This document shows positions 41,153 through 49,917 of a stretch of 64,000 nucleotides of DNA, piece after piece. Made by a program: the position numbers and the translations under genes. Position 1 is the first letter of the stretch, and every line of letters starts with the position of its first letter. The notes under the pieces are model-generated. The model saw only the letters and a list, made by a program, of their open reading frames with translations. It was not told where the DNA came from and did not search any database. Origin of the DNA: Candidatus Bathyarchaeota archaeon (GTDB lineage: Archaea; Thermoproteota; Bathyarchaeia; Bathyarchaeales; Bathycorpusculaceae); NCBI GenBank assembly GCA_963775465.1, contig CAVZIW010000004.1:64001-128000 (forward strand), read 5' to 3'.

Positions 41153-42168
41153 TGGTTAGCGCTCCTGTTTTTGCGGTGTAAAAATGATTCACGTTTAAAG
41201 TCTCTACCTAGCCGTTCCCTCATGGAGGCAACAAGGAAAGGAAAAACCATTAACGCCTCACCGATAACCATGACATGATCTGCTTCGCCCTTCATTTTGC
41301 CCCAACTAACTGTTTCTTCTAGTGTTGACCCCGAAAGGCCACCTGTTTCTGGACGATCCAACGTGATTACTATACCATAGTCTAAGCCTTTTTTTGAAGC
41401 GAGTGCTGCGGATTGGACGGTGTTGCGGGGTACGCCACCTCCGATTACAATCATGCCGTTTTTAGGTGAACGGGTGCAGATACCGCAGATGGTAGGAACG
41501 TCTTTGAAGGCATCCAATTGCAAAATGTTCTTTTGGTCTTGTTGTGATGCATGGAGCCAATGGATAAAACCGAATTCTGAATCTCGTGCTGAAGGCAAAA
41601 AAATAGGAACGTTTTCTTCGTATGCCGCGCGCAGGATTGAGTTTTTATCGGTTAAACGTTTGCCAATTTCGTATGTGAATTCGTTTGAAGCTAAAGGTTC
41701 CCCTTTTCGCAGCTTAGCAATGTCTGTGTACATTTCTGAGAGTTCAAAGTCTAATTTGACGTAGGCTTCTTCTGGAACAAGAATATCATAGATTCTGAAA
41801 AGATGGTAACGGTAAAGCTCAGCATCGTCAACTATGTATCCGCCTTTGTAGTGGTGTCCTCCAACGGCTTCGATTGCATCATGAACCATACAGGCACCCG
41901 TACTTACAATCACATCCACTAGGTGATTTCGAATCAAATCGGCAACTAACGTCCTCATTCCGGCGGGAACCACTGCTCCTGAGATCGCTAAGAACACGGT
42001 ACAATCTTTGTCTTTAAGCATCTTTTCATAAATGTCAGATGCAGCCGCCAACCGTCCAGCTCCAAACGAACCTGAATTCTTGAATTGAACGATGAGTTGG
42101 TCTACAGTTAAGGCGCCAGATATTTTTATGTGCTTAACGGGTTCTTTTAGATAGTCTTTTCTTTCCAT
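41149..42168 (-). CDS. dys: Deoxyhypusine synthase
   Basis: SGAVVPAGMR, STGA.MVHD, GGGVPRN, GGLSGS...E.VSWGK. Confidence 0.93.
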   Translation of the reverse strand: MERKDYLKEPVKHIKISGALTVDQLIVQFKNSGSFGAGRLAAASDIYEKMLKDKDCTVFLAISGAVVPAGMRTLVADLIRNHLVDVIVSTGACMVHDAIEAVGGHHYKGGYIVDDAELYRYHLFRIYDILVPEEAYVKLDFELSEMYTDIAKLRKGEPLASNEFTYEIGKRLTDKNSILRAAYEENVPIFLPSARDSEFGFIHWLHASQQDQKNILQLDAFKDVPTICGICTRSPKNGMIVIGGGVPRNTVQSAALASKKGLDYGIVITLDRPETGGLSGSTLEETVSWGKMKGEADHVMVIGEALMVFPFLVASMRERLGRDFKRESFLHRKNRSANQ

Positions 42169-42343
42169 TCAAGATGCGCCTAAACGTAGTTATTATTAAT
42201 TGTGGAAATATGTTTCTGTCTTTAAATCGAAAAATAAGCAACAATTGTCAATGAATCAAGTTGCCTATAGGGCACTTCGTTTTCCTTTCCCCGATAGCTT
42301 GAAATAATGTATCTAACAAATTGCATGCAACTGAGGCAACTCA

Positions 42344-43444
42344 ATGATTTCAATTAATCTCCCAAAGATAGGCGAAGAAGAAATTCAGGCAGTCGTAGAA
42401 GTAATGAAAAGCGGAATATTAACAACCTCATTAGGTGCTGGACCAAAAGTAACCGAGTTCGAGAAGAAATATGCAGAGTTTGCTGGAGTTAAACATGCTA
42501 TAGCGGTTAACACGGGAACCGCTGCTCTACATGCCACATTGTTGGCTGTTGGAATCAAAGCAGGTGACGAAGTAATCTTGCCGAGTTTCACGTTCGTAGC
42601 AACCGCGGAAGCAGTTGTACTCGCTGGTGGAAGACCAGTCTTTGCCGACATCGACTCCGAAACCTACACCCTATCCCCACAAGCCATTGAAAAGGCAGTA
42701 ACCAAAAAAACGAAAGCGATAATCCCAGTAGACATCTATGGACTGCCAGCTGATATGAAACCGATAATGGAAATCGCCTCAAAAAACAACCTTTCAGTGG
42801 TTGAAGATTGTGCACAGTCACATGGAGCAACTTGCGAAGGTAAACCAGCGGGTGCCCTTGCGGATTTAGCTTGCTGGAGCCTTTATGCAGCTAAGAATAT
42901 CGGCACCGGCGAAGGGGGAGTCGTAACAACCGATAACGATCAACTTGCTGAGAAAGTCAAGATGGTAAGAACTCATGGAGAAAAAGCAAAATACCAATCA
43001 CTCATGTTGGGCACGAATTATCGCATGACTGAAATTCAAGCCGCAATAGGGGTTATACAGCTTAGAAGACTACCAGAATTCCTTGCAAAACGTTCCCAAA
43101 ATGCCCAGAGCCTAACTATGAAGTTGGAGAGCAACGGAATAGAACTACCTCCAAAACCAAAGAACAGAACACCAAGCTGGTACCTCTATACCATCAGAAT
43201 AAAAGATGCAACAAAAGAAAAAAGGGACGAAATCATAAGTAAAATGCACAAGAAAGGAATAGGAGCCGACGCCTATTATCCAACGCCAATTAACCAAATG
43301 CCATACTATAAAGAAAACTTCGGAACCTTCGTCTTACCAGAAACCGAAAAAGCCGCAAAACAAGTAATCTCCCTACCAATTCACCCGGGCGTGACAGAAG
43401 AGCAAATAGATTTGATAGCTCAAACATTTTTAGCAATTCTGTAA
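42344..43444 (+). CDS. DegT/DnrJ/EryC1/StrS sugar aminotransferase
   Basis: NTGTAALH, FTFVAT, EDCAQSHG, SLYAAKNIGTGEGG, NYRMTEIQAA. Confidence 0.93.
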   Translation: MISINLPKIGEEEIQAVVEVMKSGILTTSLGAGPKVTEFEKKYAEFAGVKHAIAVNTGTAALHATLLAVGIKAGDEVILPSFTFVATAEAVVLAGGRPVFADIDSETYTLSPQAIEKAVTKKTKAIIPVDIYGLPADMKPIMEIASKNNLSVVEDCAQSHGATCEGKPAGALADLACWSLYAAKNIGTGEGGVVTTDNDQLAEKVKMVRTHGEKAKYQSLMLGTNYRMTEIQAAIGVIQLRRLPEFLAKRSQNAQSLTMKLESNGIELPPKPKNRTPSWYLYTIRIKDATKEKRDEIISKMHKKGIGADAYYPTPINQMPYYKENFGTFVLPETEKAAKQVISLPIHPGVTEEQIDLIAQTFLAIL

Positions 43445-43509
43445 GAAGATTTTCAAATGCTTTAAATCACTGCGAACTACAATTCTACTTCATTGCAAGG
43501 CGAAAAAAC

Positions 43510-44382
43510 ATGCAGAGTGTACTAGTTGTTGGTTTGGGAGAAATCGGAAGTACAGTATTTACTGTCCTAAAACAGAGCCAAAAATTCAGGCTCTACGGCA
43601 TAGATTTCGATAGAAAGAAAATGCTAAAATGTGAAACAACCGAGCCACCAAACAACTCAAAAATCGATGTTTTGCAAGTTTGCATTCCTGCCGAAGACAA
43701 GACCAAATTAATTCAAATCACTAAAAGTTACATAAAAAAGTACCAACCTAAAGTGACCATCATAAACAGCACCGTTCCTATTGGCACAACCATGGAATTG
43801 TATAAGCAATGTGGCGGATTAGTAGCTCATTCTCCATGCCGAGGCGTGCACAAGAATAAGGAGTACATGGTAAAAGAGTTCAGACGCTGGACAAAATATG
43901 TCGGAGGCGCCACGCCTAAAGCAGGAAAAGCAGCAGAAAAACATTTCAAGTCATCAGGATTAAAAACTAAACAACTTGCCAACTGCACAGACACTGAATT
44001 TGCTAAACTATTTGAAACAACATACAGAACATGGATGATTGTTTTCTTCCAAAAAATGCAGCGTCTCGCAAGAAGATATAACAAAGCAAATCCGGATTTG
44101 AATATTGATTTTGACGAAACGGTCGACTTCATCGAAGATACTCACCGCCAAAGACACGACAGGCCCGTCATGTTCCCAGATGCAATCGGCGGCCACTGCC
44201 TGCTTCCAAATTCAAAACTGATGCTGAGCGAGTATGAACCTGAAATGCTAAATCTCATAATAGAAAGCAATAACCGAATGATTGTGGAAAAAAAAGACGC
44301 TAAAGTTTCAGCACAAGTCAAGAAAGTTGCCAACCGAGTCGCTAGTTTTGAAAAGGAACAGGACAATCAGGTCATGCATTGA
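43510..44382 (+). CDS. Short UDP-glucose/GDP-mannose dehydrogenase family protein
   Basis: GLGEIG, INSTVPIGTT, HSP, AKLFETTYR, GGHCL; no C-terminal UDP-binding domain. Confidence 0.8.
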   Translation: MQSVLVVGLGEIGSTVFTVLKQSQKFRLYGIDFDRKKMLKCETTEPPNNSKIDVLQVCIPAEDKTKLIQITKSYIKKYQPKVTIINSTVPIGTTMELYKQCGGLVAHSPCRGVHKNKEYMVKEFRRWTKYVGGATPKAGKAAEKHFKSSGLKTKQLANCTDTEFAKLFETTYRTWMIVFFQKMQRLARRYNKANPDLNIDFDETVDFIEDTHRQRHDRPVMFPDAIGGHCLLPNSKLMLSEYEPEMLNLIIESNNRMIVEKKDAKVSAQVKKVANRVASFEKEQDNQVMH

Positions 44383-44532
44383 TTCTTTAGAGTTTCTTAC
44401 GAGAGTTCAAGGATGTTAAAAGCAATATTAAGTCAATAGTTGGAATTAATTTTGTGATAGTAATTCCTTCGGAGCCATTACTATTATAGGTATAATATTA
44501 ATTACGTTCAGAAATCTAAATTAGAAAATTAG

Positions 44533-45480
44533 TTAGTGTATAAGTCCATTATCTCTGAGCAAAACACTCAAACCCTCAGTTAGTAAAAACTGTGGCTCAT
44601 AGCAAAGAAGCTTTTTTGCCTTGGAAATATCCGCGTAGCTGTCCTTGATGTCGCCAGGACGTGTTTTTTCATAAATGATTTCCACGTCCTCACCACTTAA
44701 CTCTAAAAGAGTCCTAGCTAGCTTATTTATAGAAGTAGGCTTGCCTGATCCAACGTTAAAGACTTGACCGACAGCATCCTCAAGTTTCATAGCAGCTAAA
44801 ACTGCAGATGCAATATCATTTACGTTAACAAAGTCACGTGTCTGCAATCCGTCGCCATAGATGACCAAGGGCTCTTTGCGGCTTATATGATCAATGTAAC
44901 GTGTTATTACCCCACTGTAATCATTCATGCCTTGTCTTGGACCGTAAACGTTAAAGAAACGCAAAATAACAGAAGACAAAAGACCACGTTCCTGGAACCC
45001 TGTGCAGTAGCGTTCACCGATGAGTTTGGATTCAGCGTAAGGAGAAATCGGATTGGGAGGTGTATCTTCACTTACTGGGAGAGTGGCTGGGTCTCCGCAT
45101 ACTGCACAACTTGAAATAAAAACAAACCGATTAACCTGCGCCTCAACGCATGACTCCAATAAGTTCAAGGTTCCAAGAAGGTTAACATCGAAGGTTAATT
45201 TTGGATTTTTAATTGAAATAGGCACACTGATCATTGCCGCAAAATGAAGAACTGCATTAATGTCACGAAGGTTCTCGCGGACAAATGAAACGTCACGAAT
45301 GTCACCCTTGGCGAAAGTTACTTTTCCAGAATCTAAATGTGCGCGTATGTTCTTTATCTTGCCAGAGGATAAATCATCGATTACTCTAACGGAGTAGCCC
45401 TCTTTGACCAAGCGGTCAACAACATGGCTACCGATAAAGCCAGCACCACCAGTAACCAGAATCTTCATTTTATCAGGCAT
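44533..45480 (-). CDS. NAD-dependent sugar epimerase/dehydratase (GalE/WbpP-like)
   Basis: TGGAGFIGS, SPYAESK, RFFNVYGPRQ, RDFV. Confidence 0.93.
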   Translation of the reverse strand: MPDKMKILVTGGAGFIGSHVVDRLVKEGYSVRVIDDLSSGKIKNIRAHLDSGKVTFAKGDIRDVSFVRENLRDINAVLHFAAMISVPISIKNPKLTFDVNLLGTLNLLESCVEAQVNRFVFISSCAVCGDPATLPVSEDTPPNPISPYAESKLIGERYCTGFQERGLLSSVILRFFNVYGPRQGMNDYSGVITRYIDHISRKEPLVIYGDGLQTRDFVNVNDIASAVLAAMKLEDAVGQVFNVGSGKPTSINKLARTLLELSGEDVEIIYEKTRPGDIKDSYADISKAKKLLCYEPQFLLTEGLSVLLRDNGLIH

Positions 45481-45864
45481 AACATATTACTCAACTTAGT
45501 AATTTATTAAACAATTTGTTAGCTACACCGCAACTCAGAAAACACAAACAGCCTCTTTAACAAAATAATCACCCGCTTAGCAATTATTCCAACTATCATG
45601 CCTGAAAAACAAAGATATAATGATGACTACAACAGAATACCCTTACTCAGCAAGTAGATAACCAAAGAGAATAACTAACCTGTTATAGCGGCATACCCTA
45701 AAAGAGATAGCTCTTTGGAAAGATAGTTTGCTGCGATGTTTGGCAGATGCAATGTTGTTCTCCATCCCGAATTTGGCTCATCTATGGTAAGACAGATAGT
45801 ATATTTTCTCCAAACCAGCTAAAAAACAAATCCAAGATTACTAAAGCAACCATCCTCACATTTT

Positions 45865-46998
45865 CTAATTGCTTGGCTGTCCCTGAAGTGCTGAAGTAGA
45901 TCTTATTTCATGCTTAATTAACAAAACTATTTTTTCAACTTCCGAAACTTTTAGATCGGGATACAAAGGAAGACACAAAACCCTGTCAGCTATCGAATCT
46001 GCATTCACTAAATGATATTTTTCCACTAAGTTCAATCCGGCACCTTTGAAGTAATCAAAATTAACTGTGAGAGGATAGAAATATTTTCTTGACTTGACAC
46101 CATTCCTAAGAAGCATAAGATATATTGAATCTCTTTCCTTCTTTGAACTAAAAAGCACAGGCATATAACTGTAATTACATTTAGAAGCTACAATCTTCTG
46201 GAATTTTATACCCTCGAAACCAGATAGCAACTCAAAATAACGATCATAAAGTTTACCTCTAAGATTAATCGCGTTATCAATATTTTCAAGGTTACAAAGT
46301 CCCATAGAAGCTTGAAACTCATTCATCTTTCCATTAACACCAGCAAACGCAACTTCCTCTTCAGACTTAATTCCATGATTTCTAGCAAGCTTTAATTTCT
46401 CAGCAATTTCATCATCTTTAGCAATAGCCGCACCGCCCTCTATTGTATTAAACACTTTAGTAGCATGAAAACTCAATGTTGACCCATCACCAAAGTCAGT
46501 TATTGGTCGATTCTTATACTCCACACCAAAAGCATGAGCCGCATCAAAAATAAGTTTCAAGCCATGCTCCTCTGCAACTTCTTGAAGTTCCTCTACATAG
46601 CAAGGGTTTCCATAAACATGCACAGCAAGAATAGCACTCGTCTTATCAGTAATTTTTCTACGCACGTCAAATGGGTCGACATTATAGGTTTCAGGATCAA
46701 TATCAGCAAAGACAGGAGATAAACCAGCCCATAACAACACATTTGTAGTTGCTGCAAACGTAAAAGGAGTAGTAATAACCTCTCCTTGGATATCAAGCAC
46801 CTTTAGCATGATTTGAAGAGATAAAGTGCCATTGGACATAAGCACAAGATTTTTGACTTTAAGATATTCTTCCAGTCTCTTTTCTAGTAACTGCACAAAT
46901 TTCCCATCATTAGTTAACCACCGATTAGCCCATATCGTCTTCAAGTATTCAATGTATTTTTCAATTTGAGGAAGGTCAGCTTTCGTTACTGTAATCAT
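45865..46998 (-). CDS. NDP-4-amino-4,6-dideoxyhexose aminotransferase (VioA-like)
   Basis: TPFTFAAT, VHVYGNPC, DAAHAFG, SFHATKVFNTIEGG, NGKMNEFQA. Confidence 0.9.
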   Translation of the reverse strand: MITVTKADLPQIEKYIEYLKTIWANRWLTNDGKFVQLLEKRLEEYLKVKNLVLMSNGTLSLQIMLKVLDIQGEVITTPFTFAATTNVLLWAGLSPVFADIDPETYNVDPFDVRRKITDKTSAILAVHVYGNPCYVEELQEVAEEHGLKLIFDAAHAFGVEYKNRPITDFGDGSTLSFHATKVFNTIEGGAAIAKDDEIAEKLKLARNHGIKSEEEVAFAGVNGKMNEFQASMGLCNLENIDNAINLRGKLYDRYFELLSGFEGIKFQKIVASKCNYSYMPVLFSSKKERDSIYLMLLRNGVKSRKYFYPLTVNFDYFKGAGLNLVEKYHLVNADSIADRVLCLPLYPDLKVSEVEKIVLLIKHEIRSTSALQGQPSN

Positions 46999-47045
46999 TA
47001 TTTACTACCTATCTTTAGCTTTACTTTAATCACTAAGTGTTTATT

Positions 47046-47936
47046 TTAATGATTTCCCCAATCATAGAAACCTTTCCCACACTTACGTCCCAAGTGACCA
47101 CGATTAACCATTTTTACTAAAAGTGGAGAGGGCGAAAACTTCTCACCAAGTTCTTTGTTTAACACTTCACAAATCGATAACACAGTATCAGCACCTATAT
47201 AATCAACCAAAGCCAGAGGCCCCATAGGCCAATTCAACCCCAACTTAACAGCTTTATCAATGTCCTCCACACTTGCCACACCTTCATCTACTAAAGAAAC
47301 AGCCTCATTAAGAGCTAAAATTAGTAAACGATTAACTATAAAACCGGGTGTATCTTTATTTAAAACCACGGGGTCTTTACCCATCTGCTTTGATGCTTCA
47401 CGTATCTCATTGATTGTACTATCAGAGGTTTGTTGCCCAGGGATTACTTCGACAAGTTTGATTATTTGAGGGGGATTAAAAAAATGCATTCCTACAAAAT
47501 TTTCAGGCCTGATTGTGACTAAAGCCAATTCTGAAATCATTATCGAAGATGTGTTAGATGCAATTAAAGCAGAAGACTTGGCGATTTTTTCAATATTCTT
47601 TATCAAAGTTTTCTTAGCTACAATATTTTCTGGAATAGCCTCAATAATTAGATCAGCATTTTCAACTGCTTCTTTGAGTGAAATCACGGGATGAATTTTA
47701 CAATAAAAATGCTCAAACTGCGCTTGCGTAATCTCTTTTTTTTTCAATCTCCTATTCAAATCATTTTTTATCCTAGTCATTCCTTTATCGAGAAATTCCT
47801 CGTTGACATCCTGCAAATAAACATCACAGCTAATATTTTGGGCCACAAGCTGGGCAATACCGATCCCCATCAAACCAGCCCCAATAATAGCCAATTTTTT
47901 TATTTCCAAAACATGCCTCCTAGCTGGTTTAAGCAA
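47046..47936 (-). CDS. hbd: 3-hydroxyacyl(butyryl)-CoA dehydrogenase
   Basis: [50 protein letters not shown]. Confidence 0.92.
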   Translation of the reverse strand: MLKPARRHVLEIKKLAIIGAGLMGIGIAQLVAQNISCDVYLQDVNEEFLDKGMTRIKNDLNRRLKKKEITQAQFEHFYCKIHPVISLKEAVENADLIIEAIPENIVAKKTLIKNIEKIAKSSALIASNTSSIMISELALVTIRPENFVGMHFFNPPQIIKLVEVIPGQQTSDSTINEIREASKQMGKDPVVLNKDTPGFIVNRLLILALNEAVSLVDEGVASVEDIDKAVKLGLNWPMGPLALVDYIGADTVLSICEVLNKELGEKFSPSPLLVKMVNRGHLGRKCGKGFYDWGNH

Positions 47937-47952
47937 TTAAAGACCTTAAAGC

Positions 47953-48609
47953 TTACCACGGTTTCTCATCTATACTTTTATAAATTTTCTTCACAGAAGC
48001 GGGAACTCCTGCTACTAACGCCATCTCAGGAACATCCTTGGTAACTACTGCCCCTGCAGCTATTACCGCTCCATCCCCAACCTTTACGCGTTCAATTACA
48101 GTTGCGTTAGTACCAACATAAACTTGCTCACCCAATTGCGCGAACCCCATGAGCTCTGCGCCAGGAGAAATTGTTGTAAAACTGCCTATGACAACATCAT
48201 GACCAATATGGGCTCCGAGATTAGCAATAACATGTTGACCTATCTGAATTTGGCAGGTCATAATAACCCCCGCGGCAAAAATTGAACCAGCACCAATATC
48301 AACCCATCTTGATCGAACAACGTTTGGATGAATTATAGTATCAAAAGTAAATCCATCATTTTCAAGTTTTCTAATTAGCCGCTTGCGTTTAGTTGAGCCA
48401 ATAGCAGCCACTAAAAAAACATCGTTATAATCCAAATTTATTATGGTGGATATATCTCGCACCACCTTACCGTTCAGCAATTGACCAGTCTTTCTACAAT
48501 TTTCTTCAAAAAAACATACAACATCAGTTTCCCTCCCCGAATCGATAAAAATATTCAAGGTTTCCCTTGCAAACCCCCCTGCACCAAGTATACACACTTT
48601 TTTACCCAC
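47953..48609 (-). CDS. Sugar N-acyltransferase, hexapeptide repeat (NeuD/PglD/VioB family)
   Basis: GAGGFARE, VAAIG, IIHP, IGHD, AGAVVTKDV, GVPA. Confidence 0.9.
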   Translation of the reverse strand: MGKKVCILGAGGFARETLNIFIDSGRETDVVCFFEENCRKTGQLLNGKVVRDISTIINLDYNDVFLVAAIGSTKRKRLIRKLENDGFTFDTIIHPNVVRSRWVDIGAGSIFAAGVIMTCQIQIGQHVIANLGAHIGHDVVIGSFTTISPGAELMGFAQLGEQVYVGTNATVIERVKVGDGAVIAAGAVVTKDVPEMALVAGVPASVKKIYKSIDEKPW

Positions 48610-48775
48610 TTAACATCCACAAAGTCTGAAGAAGGTACGCACCTTAATATTAACATTTTTTAAGCCTACCCATATTAACAAAAAAAATCTAAAAATGAAA
48701 TCCACCAGTCACTGAAGGTAAAAATAAACTACAAATTTTAACTTAAAAGGAAAATACCCTGGGAAAATAAAATAA

Positions 48776-49861
48776 TTATGGGTATGTATAGAACTTTTTA
48801 TAAAAAAGCTCTAAATTTCTAATATAAGAATTGTGACTATACATTTCATCACATAACTGGAATTGCTTAAGCTGGTAGGCACTATAATTATTTTCAATAT
48901 CAAAATCTATGATGTCATTACAAATATTTTTAATCAGAGCATCATAACTTGGATATACCGTTCGAAGAGACTCAAACTTCTTCGGAAAGAATTCAGGTCG
49001 ATATACGCTAAAACTTATAGCTCCGCTGAATATAGATTCGACAAAATACCCATCTAAACCTTCTCCAAAAGTTAAGGCCCATTTCGCCTTAGCAATTACC
49101 TGTTTATATCGTTCATATGTTAGGTTTTGTATTACTTGTATCTGCAATTTAGGAAACATATTGCGCAATGCATCAATAACCTCAGTTCGTCGAAAGTGAG
49201 GATCAGGCGAAAGAATCATTAGATCGTCTTTGTCTGCAAATTGACGATAACAGTATTTATCAGAACTAACATAAGTTGATAGTTTATGCAAAGGAAACCC
49301 TAGCTCCTTTCTAAGCTGCATCGTACAATATTTTTCATGAGCAGTAGTCGCCGTTAATTTCCCGATGCTGCCTAAACGATTAAGAACTCTTTTAGAGGGT
49401 AAATATTCAATATTTTGGAGAAGAATATTAATTGAAAAATGAGGTATTTCTCGAATTTTTTTACGATCAGCGGGAGAAATACTGCATAGGAAGCGAAACG
49501 CAAAATGCTCCGGTATATGTATTAATAAATCGTCTGGACTAAAAAACTTTAAAACATCCGAAAAATTCAGTAATACATTATTGTTTCTAAACTTTGTATA
49601 TCTAAGCAGGGGAGGGTCACCAGGGTATTCGCATAATACAGTCTCAACATTAGCCATAACCGAGAGTTTCCTCGTTTCTTCGTACAATGAACAAATAGAC
49701 AAAATTCCACCATTCACAGTATCTATACCAGGCGACATAAAAATCACCAATTTTTTAACATTATCCACATAGTTATTTTCTAGAAACCATCTCTGTTGCA
49801 ATTTTATTCGAATAAACTTTGGCGAAAACGACAAAAAAATACCTATAGCCATTGAAAACAA
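48776..49861 (-). CDS. Hypothetical protein, possibly GT-B-like glycan enzyme
   Basis: NGGILSI, FGEGLDGYFVE resembling the GT-B EGF motif; glycan cluster context. Confidence 0.6.
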   Translation of the reverse strand: MFSMAIGIFLSFSPKFIRIKLQQRWFLENNYVDNVKKLVIFMSPGIDTVNGGILSICSLYEETRKLSVMANVETVLCEYPGDPPLLRYTKFRNNNVLLNFSDVLKFFSPDDLLIHIPEHFAFRFLCSISPADRKKIREIPHFSINILLQNIEYLPSKRVLNRLGSIGKLTATTAHEKYCTMQLRKELGFPLHKLSTYVSSDKYCYRQFADKDDLMILSPDPHFRRTEVIDALRNMFPKLQIQVIQNLTYERYKQVIAKAKWALTFGEGLDGYFVESIFSGAISFSVYRPEFFPKKFESLRTVYPSYDALIKNICNDIIDFDIENNYSAYQLKQFQLCDEMYSHNSYIRNLELFYKKFYTYP

Positions 49862-49917
49862 ATCATAAACGAACTTGCGTAGACTGAAAGGAACATAATG
49901 TCTAAAAAAGTTAAACG

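Noticed and set aside
45481-45864. Possible decayed membrane-protein gene fragment
   Set aside because: Only short interrupted frames; cannot be assigned without a homology search
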